From the NCBI GenBank assembly GCA_963624185.1, contig CAVFNP010000001.1, forward strand, positions 48,491 to 112,490: 64,000 nucleotides of DNA, given 5' to 3'. The stretch's first letter is position 1. Each line of letters opens with the position of its first letter. The stretch comes from Firmicutes bacterium CAG:460. Lineage in GTDB: Bacteria; Bacteroidota; Bacteroidia; Bacteroidales; UBA932. The notes beneath the pieces were generated by a model that was given only the letters and a program-made list of their open reading frames with translations, made no database searches and was not told the origin of the DNA. Shown piece by piece: positions 52,748-62,561 of the stretch. The translations under genes were made by a program, and so were the position numbers.

Positions 52748-53481
52748 AAAAGGATATCGTGTGCCGTTTTGTCCTCGGGGACGATGGTATAGTCTCCGTA
52801 TATGAGTCTCAGATAGCGGTCAGGGTTTGACGGTGCAGGAAACATTGTGTCTTCGAACTGAATCGTGCCAAGCGGGAAGATATCCTGGGCTTTTCTCACG
52901 CTGTAGAAAGGCACGCCGTAATCGTGCAGGAGATTGCCTTTGTGAAAGATTTTACCGGTTAGCAGTGCCAATCGTACAGCCATCCACAGTACGGGAAATG
53001 CAACATGGGCAAGCAGTCGTTTGATTGCTCCGTCTTCTATTCCTTTATATATTCGCCTCAGGCATTTGCCGTAAAGAGGATCGATAGCTTTTTTCATGCG
53101 AAGATTGCCTTCTCTAAGAACGAATGTATCTATCCAGAGCGGTTCTTCTTTTATTTCCCCCGTTCTGGGGTCTGTCCTTCTGACGATTTGGCTTCTGTCT
53201 TCGAAGCGTGGAGACAGTCTGGTCTTGCCTTGGCGCGAGCAGTCATAGAAAAACGGCTCCGGACATTTCTCTTTAAGAATCTTGCGTATTTTAGGATAGT
53301 CTTTCCCTAAGATGCACACGTCCAGGTCGTCATCCCAAGGGATAAAACCGTGATGGCGCACGGCTCCGAGCAGTGTCCCCGAATCCAGCCACCACGTGAT
53401 GCCGTTATCTTTGCAGATGCGGTCAAATTCTTTAAGCAGTGCCAAAAGGCGGAGTTGATGCTGTCTAAGAGTAGTTGGCAT
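52744..53481 (-). CDS. LicD-family phosphotransferase (phosphocholine / phospho-alditol transfer)
   Basis: It contains WWLDSGTLLGAVRHHGFIPWDDDLDV, the LicD nucleotidyltransferase-fold motif. The ATG at 53481 limits the overlap with the flippase gene to 17 nt. Confidence 0.8.
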   Translation of the reverse strand: MPTTLRQHQLRLLALLKEFDRICKDNGITWWLDSGTLLGAVRHHGFIPWDDDLDVCILGKDYPKIRKILKEKCPEPFFYDCSRQGKTRLSPRFEDRSQIVRRTDPRTGEIKEEPLWIDTFVLREGNLRMKKAIDPLYGKCLRRIYKGIEDGAIKRLLAHVAFPVLWMAVRLALLTGKIFHKGNLLHDYGVPFYSVRKAQDIFPLGTIQFEDTMFPAPSNPDRYLRLIYGDYTIVPEDKTAHDILL

Positions 53482-54955
53482 ATGATTTACGTTTTTCTGT
53501 GAGGAAGGCGGCTCCGCAGATGAGAATGCTGAACACAATGCTAAGAAGCAGTCTCAATATTCCCTCTTCCAATATGTTGGTCAAAATCAGCATGGCAATT
53601 GTCCCCGTTATGGCCGTGACGGTTACCGGCAGTATTACGCTTTTAAGGTATTCCGCAAGCGGAAGAGAGATGTATCTTATTGAAAGTAGTATTCTTAGGA
53701 TCTGCGACAGGATGCTTCCCGCCAGGATGAACCAGAAAACGCTCAGGGCAGGTGCACAGGTGAGTTTCAGTACGATATAGGATACCAGAATAATCGCAAT
53801 CTGGCAGCCTCCGACCAGGATGTTCAGCCATTTGACCTGCCCGCTCGCCTGGATGCCATAGAACAGGGAAGGATAGAGCGAGTCTACGAGTGCGGCGAGC
53901 ATCATCAGACGTGCAAATGCGACACTGTGTTCAGGTACATCCACAAGCCACAGCTTCATTACTATGTCCATCTCGGTTATCAGCGGAAGGGCTATGACAA
54001 AGAGCAGCAGAAACGACAGTCTGGATGTTTTGAATATCAGATTCAGGCACTCTTTCTTCTCTCCTGTTGAATATGATTTCACTATTTGGGGGGCAAAGGC
54101 GAGCGCGTAGTTGCCCACAAATTGATTTACGTTGACATAGACTTGATTTGCCACGCCCCTGGCCGCATTGACTACCGGACCATAGAACAGATTAAGCAGT
54201 ATATTCACGCCTTGACTTCGGGCTACGGTGGCAAGCGAGCCTATCATACCCCATCCGTTGAAGGACAGTATCTCGCGGGCCAATTTTTTATCGCAGCCTT
54301 TTGAAAAACGGCATTCTCTATAGAACCTCCTGCAATAAAGGACATAAAACAAATTTGTTATTATGGAAATCAGCATCATAAGAAAGCCGTAGAAGACCAA
54401 TTTGTCAGTTTCGGCTTTACTTAGAAGCAGTGCGGCCGTAAATTTGGCTACGGCTTCTATTACGCTGCAATAGGCATAGACTTTCATCTTTTCCTTGGCT
54501 ATGATGGCAGATTTGAAGGGTATGGCCAGAAGAGAAGACAGAAATGTCACTATGCTGAATTGGTACACCCATCCGGCTGCATTCATCCTTTCCTGAGGGA
54601 TGATTAGTTTATTTTCCAGCAGCCAGAGGCCGGCAGTTTCGCAGACCAGAAGGATAATCAGACTGAAAATAGCAAAAATAAGGATGTTGGCCTTGAATAC
54701 TTCGTGCAGGCGCTCAAAATCACCTCTGCCAAGTTCGACGGAGTAAAATCTGTTGCAGGATGCGCTCATGGCTCCGCTCATGAAGGAAAAGGCTACGACT
54801 ATTCCTCCTATTACATTATAAAGCCCGAAATCAGTAGCGCCGAGAGCGCTAAGAACCACACGCGATGTCCATAGGCTGATAATCATAATCAGCCCCATTC
54901 TCGCGTAAAGCAAGAGGGTGTTGCGGGCTATCCTTTTGTGGTCTACTGCAGACAT
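53465..54955 (-). CDS. Wzx-like polysaccharide flippase (MOP superfamily)
   Basis: 496 aa with about 12-14 TM segments. The N-terminus KRIARNTLLLYARMGLIMIISLWTSRVVL is typical of oligosaccharide flippases. It is the first gene of the minus-strand operon. Confidence 0.75.
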   Translation of the reverse strand: MSAVDHKRIARNTLLLYARMGLIMIISLWTSRVVLSALGATDFGLYNVIGGIVVAFSFMSGAMSASCNRFYSVELGRGDFERLHEVFKANILIFAIFSLIILLVCETAGLWLLENKLIIPQERMNAAGWVYQFSIVTFLSSLLAIPFKSAIIAKEKMKVYAYCSVIEAVAKFTAALLLSKAETDKLVFYGFLMMLISIITNLFYVLYCRRFYRECRFSKGCDKKLAREILSFNGWGMIGSLATVARSQGVNILLNLFYGPVVNAARGVANQVYVNVNQFVGNYALAFAPQIVKSYSTGEKKECLNLIFKTSRLSFLLLFVIALPLITEMDIVMKLWLVDVPEHSVAFARLMMLAALVDSLYPSLFYGIQASGQVKWLNILVGGCQIAIILVSYIVLKLTCAPALSVFWFILAGSILSQILRILLSIRYISLPLAEYLKSVILPVTVTAITGTIAMLILTNILEEGILRLLLSIVFSILICGAAFLTEKRKSYANYS

Positions 54956-54976
54956 ATAGTGACAAAGTTATTGTTT

Positions 54977-55008
54977 TTTGGTGAAGTTCCCAATATTCGT
55001 TATCTTTG
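54977..55008 (+). promoter_or_regulatory. Bacteroides-type promoter for secA (-33 TTTG at 54977-54980; -7 TATCTTTG at 55001-55008)
   Basis: Both consensus elements are present with 20-nt spacing, and the -7 box lies 26 nt upstream of the secA ATG. The opposite strand carries TAACTTTG (54963-54970) for the divergent wzx operon. Confidence 0.4.
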
Positions 55009-55033
55009 AAGGATTTTAAATATTATCATTAAT

Positions 55034-58000
55034 ATGGCATTGGCAGGTATCATTAAAACGATTTTCGGATCGAAGGCCGACAGGGACTATAAGGCTATAA
55101 AGCCTATTTTGGATAAGGTCCTGGAGGCGTATAAAGATATAGACAAACTTTCAGACGATGAACTGCGTTCCCGTTCGGCCGCTCTCCGACAGCATATGAT
55201 TGAGGTTGAGTCACCTTTCGAGAACAGAATCGCTGAGATAAAACTTAAATTGGAGGAGAATCTTCCCATATCGGAGAAGGTTAAATTGGCAGATGAAAGC
55301 GACCATCTTCTGAAGGAGGAGGATGAAGCCATAGAAAAGGCTTTGAATGAAATCCTTCCGGAGGCATTCGCTATCGTCAAGAGTACGGCACGACGCTTTA
55401 CCGAGAATGATACCATAACCGTGACTGCTACGGATTTTGACAGGGCTCTGAGTGTCGATAAGGATTTTGTGCGTATAGAAGGCGACAAGGCCATTTATCA
55501 GAACCATTGGATGGCAGGAGGCAATGACCTCAAATGGAGTATGGTTCATTACGACGTGCAGATAGTCGGAGGTATCGCTCTCCATCAGGGTAAGATTGCG
55601 GAGATGGCTACCGGTGAGGGAAAGACCCTCGTGGCGACTCTTCCTGTGTTCCTTAATGCATTGGCCGGAAAAGGCGTGCATATGGTTACCGTGAACGATT
55701 ATCTGTCAAAGCGTGACTCCGAATGGATGGGGCCGCTTTATATGTTCCACGGACTTAGCGTAGACTGTATAGACAAGCACCAGCCTAATTCTCTGGATAG
55801 AAAGAAGGCTTATGACTGTGATATCACGTTCGGAACGAACAATGAATTCGGTTTCGATTATCTGCGTGACAATATGGCGGTCAGCGAGGCTGATCTGGTT
55901 CAGAGAAAGCACCATTATGCCATAGTCGATGAGGTCGATTCCGTGCTTATCGACGATGCCCGTACACCTTTGATTATTTCCGGACCTGTCTCTCGCGCGC
56001 AGAATGACGACCAGTATATGGAGTTTCGTCCTTTTGTCGAGAAACTGTATCAGGCGCAGAGAGCTCTTGTGAACCAGACGCTCAACGAGGCTAAGAAGAA
56101 ATTGGCGGAAGGTGACGAGGCGGAAGGGGGCAAACTGCTTTTCCGCGCGTACAAGGGTCTGCCAAAGTATCAGCCGCTCATCAAGTTCCTAAGTGAGCCG
56201 GGAATGAAGGTCATAATGCAGAAGACAGAAAATTACTACATTCAGGATAATGAGAAGGAGATGCCTGTCATTACTGATCCGCTTTACTTCGTTATCAGTG
56301 AGATGCAGCATTCCATAAATCTTACGGATAAGGGTCAGGATCTGCTTGCCCAGAGCGTGGGGAATGACGATTTCTTCGTGCTTCCTGACGTGGGCAGCAA
56401 AACGGCCGAGATAGAGCATACTGACCTCAGCCCTGCTGAGAAGCAGGAGAAAAAGGATGCGCTGATGGAAGATTTCGCCTTGAAGAGCGAGCGTGTCCAT
56501 ACGGTGAACCAGCTGTTGAAGGCATATGCCATGTTCGAAAAGGATGTGGATTATGTCGTCATGGTGGATGCCAACGGCTCCGAGAAGGTAAAGATTGTCG
56601 ATGAGAGTACCGGACGTATTATGGAGGGCCGCCGTTGGAGTGACGGTCTTCACCAGGCCGTGGAAGCAAAGGAGAATGTAAAGGTGGAGGCTGCGACGCA
56701 GACCTTTGCAACCATTACACTCCAGAATTATTTCCGTATGTATCACAAGCTTGCCGGTATGACAGGTACAGCCGAGACGGAAGCTGGTGAGTTCTGGAGC
56801 ATATACAAGCTCGACGTTATGGTGATTCCGACTAACCGCCCTGTTCTTCGTGAGGATCTTCCGGACGTGGTGTATAAGACCAAGAAGGCCAAGTATGCCG
56901 CGGTGATAGATAAGATCTGCGAACTTTCTCAGGCCGGCAGACCTGTTCTTGTCGGTACTACAGACGTGGAGACATCTGAACTCCTCAGCCGTATGCTCAA
57001 GATGCGCGGTATCAAACATAATGTATTGAATGCCAAAGAGCATGCTCGCGAGGCGGAGATTGTGGCACAGGCCGGTATGCGTTCCACTGTCACTATCGCT
57101 ACGAATATGGCCGGTCGTGGTACTGATATCAAGCTTTCCGATGAGGTGAAAAATGCTGGAGGATTGGCCATCATAGGTACGGAGCGTCACGATTCCAGGC
57201 GAGTTGACCGCCAGTTGCGAGGCCGTGCGGGACGTCAGGGAGATCCCGGTTCGTCCATTTTCTACATATCTTTGGAAGATAAGCTGATGCGTATTTTCGG
57301 AAGTGAGAGAATCGCTTCAGTGGTTGATAAGCTTGGCATGGGGGAGAACGAAGCGCTTGAAGGCAATATGCTTTCTAAAGCGATTGAGACTGCCCAGAAG
57401 AAGGTCGAGGAGAATAACTTCGGTATCCGTAAGAATCTTATCGAATATGATGATGTGATGAACTATCAGAGAGAGGCCATCTATTCGAGAAGACGTAACG
57501 CCATCAACGGAGACAAGATAGAGATCGATCTTCAGAATATGATGATTGATTCCGCGTCGCTTTTTGTCGATTCTAGCAACGGAATGTCTTACGAAGATTT
57601 CTGTGAATCTCTGATGGCAAGATTCTCCATAGATCCCGGTTTTGATGCCAAGTTCTACGAACATTCAAAGAAGGACGATATCGTATCCGCTCTGTGTAAG
57701 CATATGCAGGAATGTTATCAGCGCAGAATGGAGGGCCTCGTGGACAGATTGAGTCCTATCATTAAGCAGGTATACGAGAAACAGGGTAATATGTATAAGA
57801 ACATCGCTATTCCTGTTTCTGACGGACGGAAGGTTATAACTCTTTCTGTCAATCTTGAAAAAGCTTACAAGTCAGAGGGTAGGGAAGTAGCGAAGACTTT
57901 GAGTAAGAATATTATTCTCTATCAGATAGATGAACATTGGAAAGAGCATCTTCGTGAGATGGATGATCTTAAGCAAAGCGTTCAGAATGCGGTTCATGAG

Positions 58001-58315
58001 CAGAAAGACCCTAAGGTGGTGTACAAGCTGGAGAGCTATAATTTGTTCGCACAGATGCTTGAATCTCTTAACCAGGATGTGCTTTCGTTCTTGCTTCGCG
58101 CCTTCATTCCTATTCAGGAAGAACAGCCGCGTCGTGCCGTTCAGTCTCGTCCTGATGCCTCACGTATGCAGGCGCATCGTAATGATTTGGTGACAAACGG
58201 AGAGCAGAAGGCCAAGGCTCCGGTAATCGCAGACAAGAGGGTAGGCCGAAATGACCCTTGCCCATGTGGAAGCGGTCTGAAATACAAGAATTGCCACGGT
58301 AAAGGATTAGTTTAA
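55034..58315 (+). CDS. secA: Preprotein translocase ATPase subunit SecA
   Basis: 1093 aa with the Walker A motif [14 protein letters not shown], the DEAD-like [31 protein letters not shown], and the C-terminal zinc finger [14 protein letters not shown]. Confidence 0.97.
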   Translation: MALAGIIKTIFGSKADRDYKAIKPILDKVLEAYKDIDKLSDDELRSRSAALRQHMIEVESPFENRIAEIKLKLEENLPISEKVKLADESDHLLKEEDEAIEKALNEILPEAFAIVKSTARRFTENDTITVTATDFDRALSVDKDFVRIEGDKAIYQNHWMAGGNDLKWSMVHYDVQIVGGIALHQGKIAEMATGEGKTLVATLPVFLNALAGKGVHMVTVNDYLSKRDSEWMGPLYMFHGLSVDCIDKHQPNSLDRKKAYDCDITFGTNNEFGFDYLRDNMAVSEADLVQRKHHYAIVDEVDSVLIDDARTPLIISGPVSRAQNDDQYMEFRPFVEKLYQAQRALVNQTLNEAKKKLAEGDEAEGGKLLFRAYKGLPKYQPLIKFLSEPGMKVIMQKTENYYIQDNEKEMPVITDPLYFVISEMQHSINLTDKGQDLLAQSVGNDDFFVLPDVGSKTAEIEHTDLSPAEKQEKKDALMEDFALKSERVHTVNQLLKAYAMFEKDVDYVVMVDANGSEKVKIVDESTGRIMEGRRWSDGLHQAVEAKENVKVEAATQTFATITLQNYFRMYHKLAGMTGTAETEAGEFWSIYKLDVMVIPTNRPVLREDLPDVVYKTKKAKYAAVIDKICELSQAGRPVLVGTTDVETSELLSRMLKMRGIKHNVLNAKEHAREAEIVAQAGMRSTVTIATNMAGRGTDIKLSDEVKNAGGLAIIGTERHDSRRVDRQLRGRAGRQGDPGSSIFYISLEDKLMRIFGSERIASVVDKLGMGENEALEGNMLSKAIETAQKKVEENNFGIRKNLIEYDDVMNYQREAIYSRRRNAINGDKIEIDLQNMMIDSASLFVDSSNGMSYEDFCESLMARFSIDPGFDAKFYEHSKKDDIVSALCKHMQECYQRRMEGLVDRLSPIIKQVYEKQGNMYKNIAIPVSDGRKVITLSVNLEKAYKSEGREVAKTLSKNIILYQIDEHWKEHLREMDDLKQSVQNAVHEQKDPKVVYKLESYNLFAQMLESLNQDVLSFLLRAFIPIQEEQPRRAVQSRPDASRMQAHRNDLVTNGEQKAKAPVIADKRVGRNDPCPCGSGLKYKNCHGKGLV

Positions 58316-58463
58316 AAATTTAAATATTTGTGTTATGAATATGCCTACTCCTTATTGCATATTGTAAGTTATTCTGAAGGCATGTTGATAATTGAAGTGA
58401 TACATTAAATATTTAATATAAAGTCTTGTGGCTTAATTGTTTTGGTTTGATAATTGGCTTAAA

Positions 58464-58491
58464 AGCATCTCGGTTCCCGAGGTGCTTTTTT
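58464..58491 (+). terminator. Rho-independent terminator downstream of secA
   Basis: AGCATCTCGG-ttc-CCGAGGTGCT: a 10-bp stem with one G-U pair, followed by TTTTTT. Confidence 0.8.
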
Positions 58492-58546
58492 GTTTTATTC
58501 AGGTCCTCATACCTTCGTTAAAACACAAATTATAAAACAATTTATC

Positions 58547-58554
58547 TATATTTG
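58547..58554 (+). promoter_or_regulatory. -7 promoter box (TATATTTG) for the integrase gene
   Basis: It matches TAnnTTTG 70 nt upstream of the integrase ATG. The predicted leader contains an 8-bp hairpin (58583-58607) flanked by TGTTTTACAAA direct repeats. Confidence 0.3.
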
Positions 58555-58623
58555 CTCTACTATTGTTTTACAAACGCTCAATTTTCGGAGTAAAATTCGC
58601 TCCGAAATGTTTTACAAAAAAAT

Positions 58624-59856
58624 ATGCCGACATTCAAAGCCCAAGTGTTTGCTCATCAGAAGAAAAGAGACGGCACTTACAACATCAAGATAAGAGTAAC
58701 CCATAACCGCAAGAGCCGGTATGTCGCCACGCCATGGTTCGTCACAAAGGATGATGTGACGAAGTCCATGCGCATCAAGAATCAGAAGTATGTTGATCTG
58801 ACTGATGACCTGATAAAGAAGTATCGGGACATCAGTGACAGGATGGGAATGCCGATAATGGACTTGACCGTTGACCAGGTGGTGGACATCCTTCTCCATT
58901 TTCGGAACGAGGATAAGTTCGACTTGAACTTCGTGGCATATACGCGGGAGTATGCCGACAAAATAGAAGCTTCCGGACATGGCGGAACGGCCAAGAGATA
59001 CAGAACGGCCATAAATAGTCTTATCCGTTTTACCGGAAGAGAGCAGGTGTCGATATTCGAGATAACGGTGTCTTTCCTGAAGGCATGGTGCGAATGGATG
59101 AAGACGAACGTCAGTCGAGGAAACGGGGAGTCCGCGTCATATATGTATACGACCACGCTTAAGACCATGTACAGACGCGCGAAAAGGGAATTCAACGATG
59201 AGGATGCGGGCATCATACGCATTCCGAATTCTCCTTTCGAACACTTCGTTATTCCTAATGCTCCCATTCCGGACAAGCGCTCACTTTCTATAGAGGAGTT
59301 GCGCAGTATATTTGATTATGTCCCGAAGAAGAATGTTCGCACGGTTACTCTCGCCCAGGATGTGTTCAAGCTAAGCTTCTGTCTCATCGGGATGAATCCA
59401 GTGGACATATACACCTGTACAGACGGCAAGGGCGGGCGTATCACCTATCAGAGGACGAAGACGCGCACCAGACGTAAGGACAAGGCGGAGATAAGCGTCA
59501 GGATAGAGCCGGAGATAGAACTTCTGATGAAGAAGTACCGCGACCCTATGGGAGAGCGGGTGTTCAATTTCTATCTGCATTACAGCTCGCCTGCCGCCTT
59601 TGACGCATGCGTCAACAGAGGGCTTCATCTGATGGAAGAAGCCCTGGGCATAAAGAAGATTCAGCTATATTCCGCGCGCCATACATGGGCCACGTTGGCC
59701 GTCAATGATGTCGAGGTGGACAAGTATGTCGTGCATGAGGCGTTGAACCATATAGATGCGTCCATGAAAGTTACGGACGTCTATATCCGTAAGAATTGGA
59801 AGAATATAGACAAGGCCAACAGGGCGGTGCTCGACTATGTGTTTAGCGGTAACTAA
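58624..59856 (+). CDS. Tyrosine-type site-specific integrase with a Bacteroides-style N-terminal arm-binding domain
   Basis: 410 aa. The N-terminus MPTFKAQVFAHQKKRDGTYNIKIRVTHNRKSRY fits an arm DNA-binding domain. The C-terminal catalytic region SARHTWATLA...VHEALNHIDASMKVTDVYI carries the R..HxxR..H..Y pattern. Confidence 0.9.
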   Translation: MPTFKAQVFAHQKKRDGTYNIKIRVTHNRKSRYVATPWFVTKDDVTKSMRIKNQKYVDLTDDLIKKYRDISDRMGMPIMDLTVDQVVDILLHFRNEDKFDLNFVAYTREYADKIEASGHGGTAKRYRTAINSLIRFTGREQVSIFEITVSFLKAWCEWMKTNVSRGNGESASYMYTTTLKTMYRRAKREFNDEDAGIIRIPNSPFEHFVIPNAPIPDKRSLSIEELRSIFDYVPKKNVRTVTLAQDVFKLSFCLIGMNPVDIYTCTDGKGGRITYQRTKTRTRRKDKAEISVRIEPEIELLMKKYRDPMGERVFNFYLHYSSPAAFDACVNRGLHLMEEALGIKKIQLYSARHTWATLAVNDVEVDKYVVHEALNHIDASMKVTDVYIRKNWKNIDKANRAVLDYVFSGN

Positions 59857-59872
59857 ACATTGTTGTCCAATT

Positions 59873-60295
59873 CTATAGGGATATCTTGACATTGGATGAC
59901 GCGGTGCCACATTTGTTTTCGCTCAGTAGCCGTTCCACCAGGTGCCTGTATTCGTGATAGAGGGATTGGAGTTCCCGACGCAACTCTTGAATCTCTTTCT
60001 CAAAAATGTTGGTGATGGATTGATTGGCTTTGGATAATTCTATGTTGGCTTTGATGAGATAATCGCTCATGGCGATATTCTGTGCGCTGGACAATGTCAT
60101 GTTGTTGGCTGCCTTGGCGAATTCTTCCGCCCCTTTGGTGAGGTTGGATATCATCTGAGCAATGCTTCCTATCCGCATATCGGAAGCTCGGATCATCTCT
60201 ACGAATTGGGGCACCACTTGTTCGGCCACGACCTGTTCGGTGACTTGTTTGTGGACTTTCAGCAAGTCTTCGCGGTTGGTATATATTTCAGTCAT
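59873..60295 (-). CDS. Hypothetical helical (coiled-coil-like) protein
   Basis: 140-aa ORF, convergent with the integrase gene. The sequence is all-helical in appearance (…ELSKANQSITNIFEKEIQELRRELQSLYHEY…). No family recognised. Confidence 0.45.
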   Translation of the reverse strand: MTEIYTNREDLLKVHKQVTEQVVAEQVVPQFVEMIRASDMRIGSIAQMISNLTKGAEEFAKAANNMTLSSAQNIAMSDYLIKANIELSKANQSITNIFEKEIQELRRELQSLYHEYRHLVERLLSENKCGTASSNVKISL

Positions 60296-60306
60296 GTGGC
60301 TTTAGA

Positions 60307-60645
60307 TTACGGAGTGGTTGTTTCCAAAATGGAAAATGGGATATATTCCAGGGGGATGTAGGTGGTGTCGTTCGTATCGTCTTCCCACTGAATGGTCCCG
60401 TAAATCTTCATGGCATCTTTCATATAATGGCGGATGTCCGCGTGATATTGACTGTCTCCCTTGCATCGTAGCGCACGTATGCCCGTGGAGATGACTTTAT
60501 CCGCATTGCCCCTATTATGGTAGGTTCGGCACGCCACGTCATAGACCACCAATGAATCAGGATATTTATTCAGCGCATACTCGATATCCCAATCGCTCAG
60601 GTCGTTTTTGAAAGCTTTCCAATTGTAGTTGTAGTTGGTGACCAA
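60307..60645 (-). CDS. Hypothetical protein
   Basis: 112-aa ORF from a TTG start. The frame stays open about 100 nt further upstream without an ATG, GTG or TTG, so the true start is uncertain or the N-terminus has decayed. Confidence 0.4.
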   Translation of the reverse strand: MVTNYNYNWKAFKNDLSDWDIEYALNKYPDSLVVYDVACRTYHNRGNADKVISTGIRALRCKGDSQYHADIRHYMKDAMKIYGTIQWEDDTNDTTYIPLEYIPFSILETTTP

Positions 60646-60750
60646 TTCCGTTATGCAGTATTCCGGTACGCGGTAGCGGGTGGTCCGGCAGAGCTCGCGT
60701 GCTATGCCGTATAAAGGCTCGACCAGGAAATGCAGGAAATCTGAATTGTT

Positions 60751-61047
60751 TTATATGCGTGGATTGTTGGACAGGTCTCTGACATAGTCGCTCGTCTTGT
60801 CGAGCAGACTTCTTTTGAGAAACAGATGCTGGTCGTAATACTCTCCCATGTTATACTCCACGTCCCTTACCGCATTGATGAGTTTCCGGTCATCTCCCTC
60901 CCGGATAGCTTCGTGGCTTGCTTTGATACCGTTTTCTATTCCATTGCGGAACATCCAATCTCTGTAGAATGCCGTAGATACAGCCGCTATGGAGAAAAGA
61001 CCAATAATGACGAGCAGAATGTCGCCAATTAGCGATTTTAGTTTCAT
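60751..61047 (-). CDS. Hypothetical small membrane-anchored protein
   Basis: 98 aa with an N-terminal TM helix (IGDILLVIIGLFSIAAVSTAFY) followed by a charged soluble domain. Confidence 0.45.
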   Translation of the reverse strand: MKLKSLIGDILLVIIGLFSIAAVSTAFYRDWMFRNGIENGIKASHEAIREGDDRKLINAVRDVEYNMGEYYDQHLFLKRSLLDKTSDYVRDLSNNPRI

Positions 61048-61130
61048 AAGGCTAAAATTGTGTTAGTGCTTGTTGTTGTAATGGTTTCTGTACTATAGCA
61101 TGTAGTACAGAAATGGATTATATTATGGCG

Positions 61131-61984
61131 TTATGATATCTCATCGACATCATCGCTCTTGCTCTGAAGCTGTTTGGCGTTCTCGCTCGTTACTATGCTT
61201 CTGCCAAGTTTCTGCTCTATATTGATGCGCGTCTTTTTGGCTACACTTCCTCCGGTTTTTGCGACCTTTTGACTTTCGGAAAAAGTTTTCGGATTGTTCT
61301 TTTTTGACAATTCTGTCGTTACGGCTTCGGCCAAGGTGTTGATAGCGGTCTCCAGATTGGTCATATGGTCGCGCAGATTCTCTTTCTGAAGCCCCTTGTG
61401 CTCCTTGTATTCACGCGTGGTGAACCCAGACCATTCTTTTGTCAGGATATCCGTCAGGCTGGCGTACTGCTTGTCCTTGACACCGCACCTCTCTTCCATT
61501 CATCAGTCAGCTCTTTCCTGGTGCTGATGCCTTGTTGGCGTTGCTTGATCCATTCATCACTATAGCCTTTCTTACGGTAATAATCGATACCACGGTTGAT
61601 AGCCTGCTCCGGATCCTGGATTTCGTCTATGCGCTCAGACGCCACACGTGCAATCCATTGTTTGATAGGCTCGGCTTTTGGAGACGGAATCGATTGTATC
61701 AGTCGGAACATCTGTTCTTGTTCTGCGACATCGGCAAGACGCATCTTGCCGTCAGCGGCCCGCAGTTTCAAAGCGTGACAGTTTGTCACGGTTTCGTTCC
61801 CCTCATCTTTCAGCCTCTGCTTTAGCTTTCGCCAATATGCTTGTGGGTCGATACTGTCCGTCAACACCGCCACAATGTCCACTATCGAGAAGTACCACTT
61901 CTCCGCGTCCGCGTCCCACTTGGTGCGTATGCTCTTGTTCTCAAAAAGCTGTATCGACGTATTATCCATAGCATTTTTCTTCAT
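61131..61984 (-). pseudogene. Bro-N/KilA-N-type (phage antirepressor-like) gene split by a frameshift
   Basis: Two overlapping ORFs (61454-62038 and 61131-61499) read ...RKELTDEWKRGAVSRTSSTPA* and MEERCGVKDKQYASLTDILTKEWSG.... From memory, full-length homologs are one polypeptide running ...ELTDEWK-x-RGVK...TDI...W.G.... The shift must lie in the 46-nt overlap. Confidence 0.6.
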
Positions 61985-62187
61985 TCTGTTCTTGGAGTCC
62001 AGTTGGAGTCCAAGAAGGTTTATCGCATGAAACGGCAACTCTACTCATATCGGAATTACCGGTTATGTTGCAAATATAAGTCAATGCAACTACTTTTGCA
62101 AAGGTTGCACCTCTATCTTCTTGCCATCTAATGGCAATTCCAATCTCATGCAATAGTCAAAAATAATGATAATATTGCGTTATCAAT

Positions 62188-62218
62188 TTTGATAATATAA
62201 ATATTGATATTAATTTTG
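62188..62218 (+). promoter_or_regulatory. higB promoter (-33 TTTG at 62188-62191; -7 TAATTTTG at 62211-62218) overlapped by the 16-bp palindrome TTATCAATTTTGATAA (62180-62195)
   Basis: The consensus elements are 19 nt apart, and the -7 box lies 23 nt upstream of the ATG. A perfect inverted repeat TTATCAA-TT-TTGATAA covers the -33 element, which is the typical geometry for an antitoxin operator. Confidence 0.45.
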
Positions 62219-62240
62219 CGCCATTAATTATGGCTGATAT

Positions 62241-62561
62241 ATGAATGTGACATCGGAAGACGAAGCTCTACTCGAATTATATGTAAATGGGAAAACGTCA
62301 GATAAAAGATACAAAAAAATGCCAATCCAAGTGATAAAGGGATATAAGAAGGCTGTGGATTATATGAAGGCGGCACAGCGAATTGAAGACCTTTTTCGTT
62401 TGAAAGGACTTAACTATGAAGCATTGCATGGAAATAGAAAAGGGCAGGAGTCAGTCCGTTGCAATGACACATGGCGATTGATTTTTCGGAGTTCACCTCT
62501 TGATGGAAGTATTATTATTACAGAAATAGAATTACTAGAAATAACACATCATTATGACTAA
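62241..62561 (+). CDS. higB: HigB-like (RelE/ParE superfamily) toxin
   Basis: 106 aa. The pattern ...IQVIKGYKKAVDYMKAA...LKGLNYEALHGNRKGQESVRCNDTWRLIF...IELLEITHHY is typical of plasmid-maintenance killer / HigB proteins. It overlaps the HTH gene by 8 nt. Confidence 0.75.
   Translation: MNVTSEDEALLELYVNGKTSDKRYKKMPIQVIKGYKKAVDYMKAAQRIEDLFRLKGLNYEALHGNRKGQESVRCNDTWRLIFRSSPLDGSIIITEIELLEITHHYD

Noticed and set aside
56189-57190. 333-aa ORF on the minus strand
   Set aside because: It lies antisense inside secA. No independent support.
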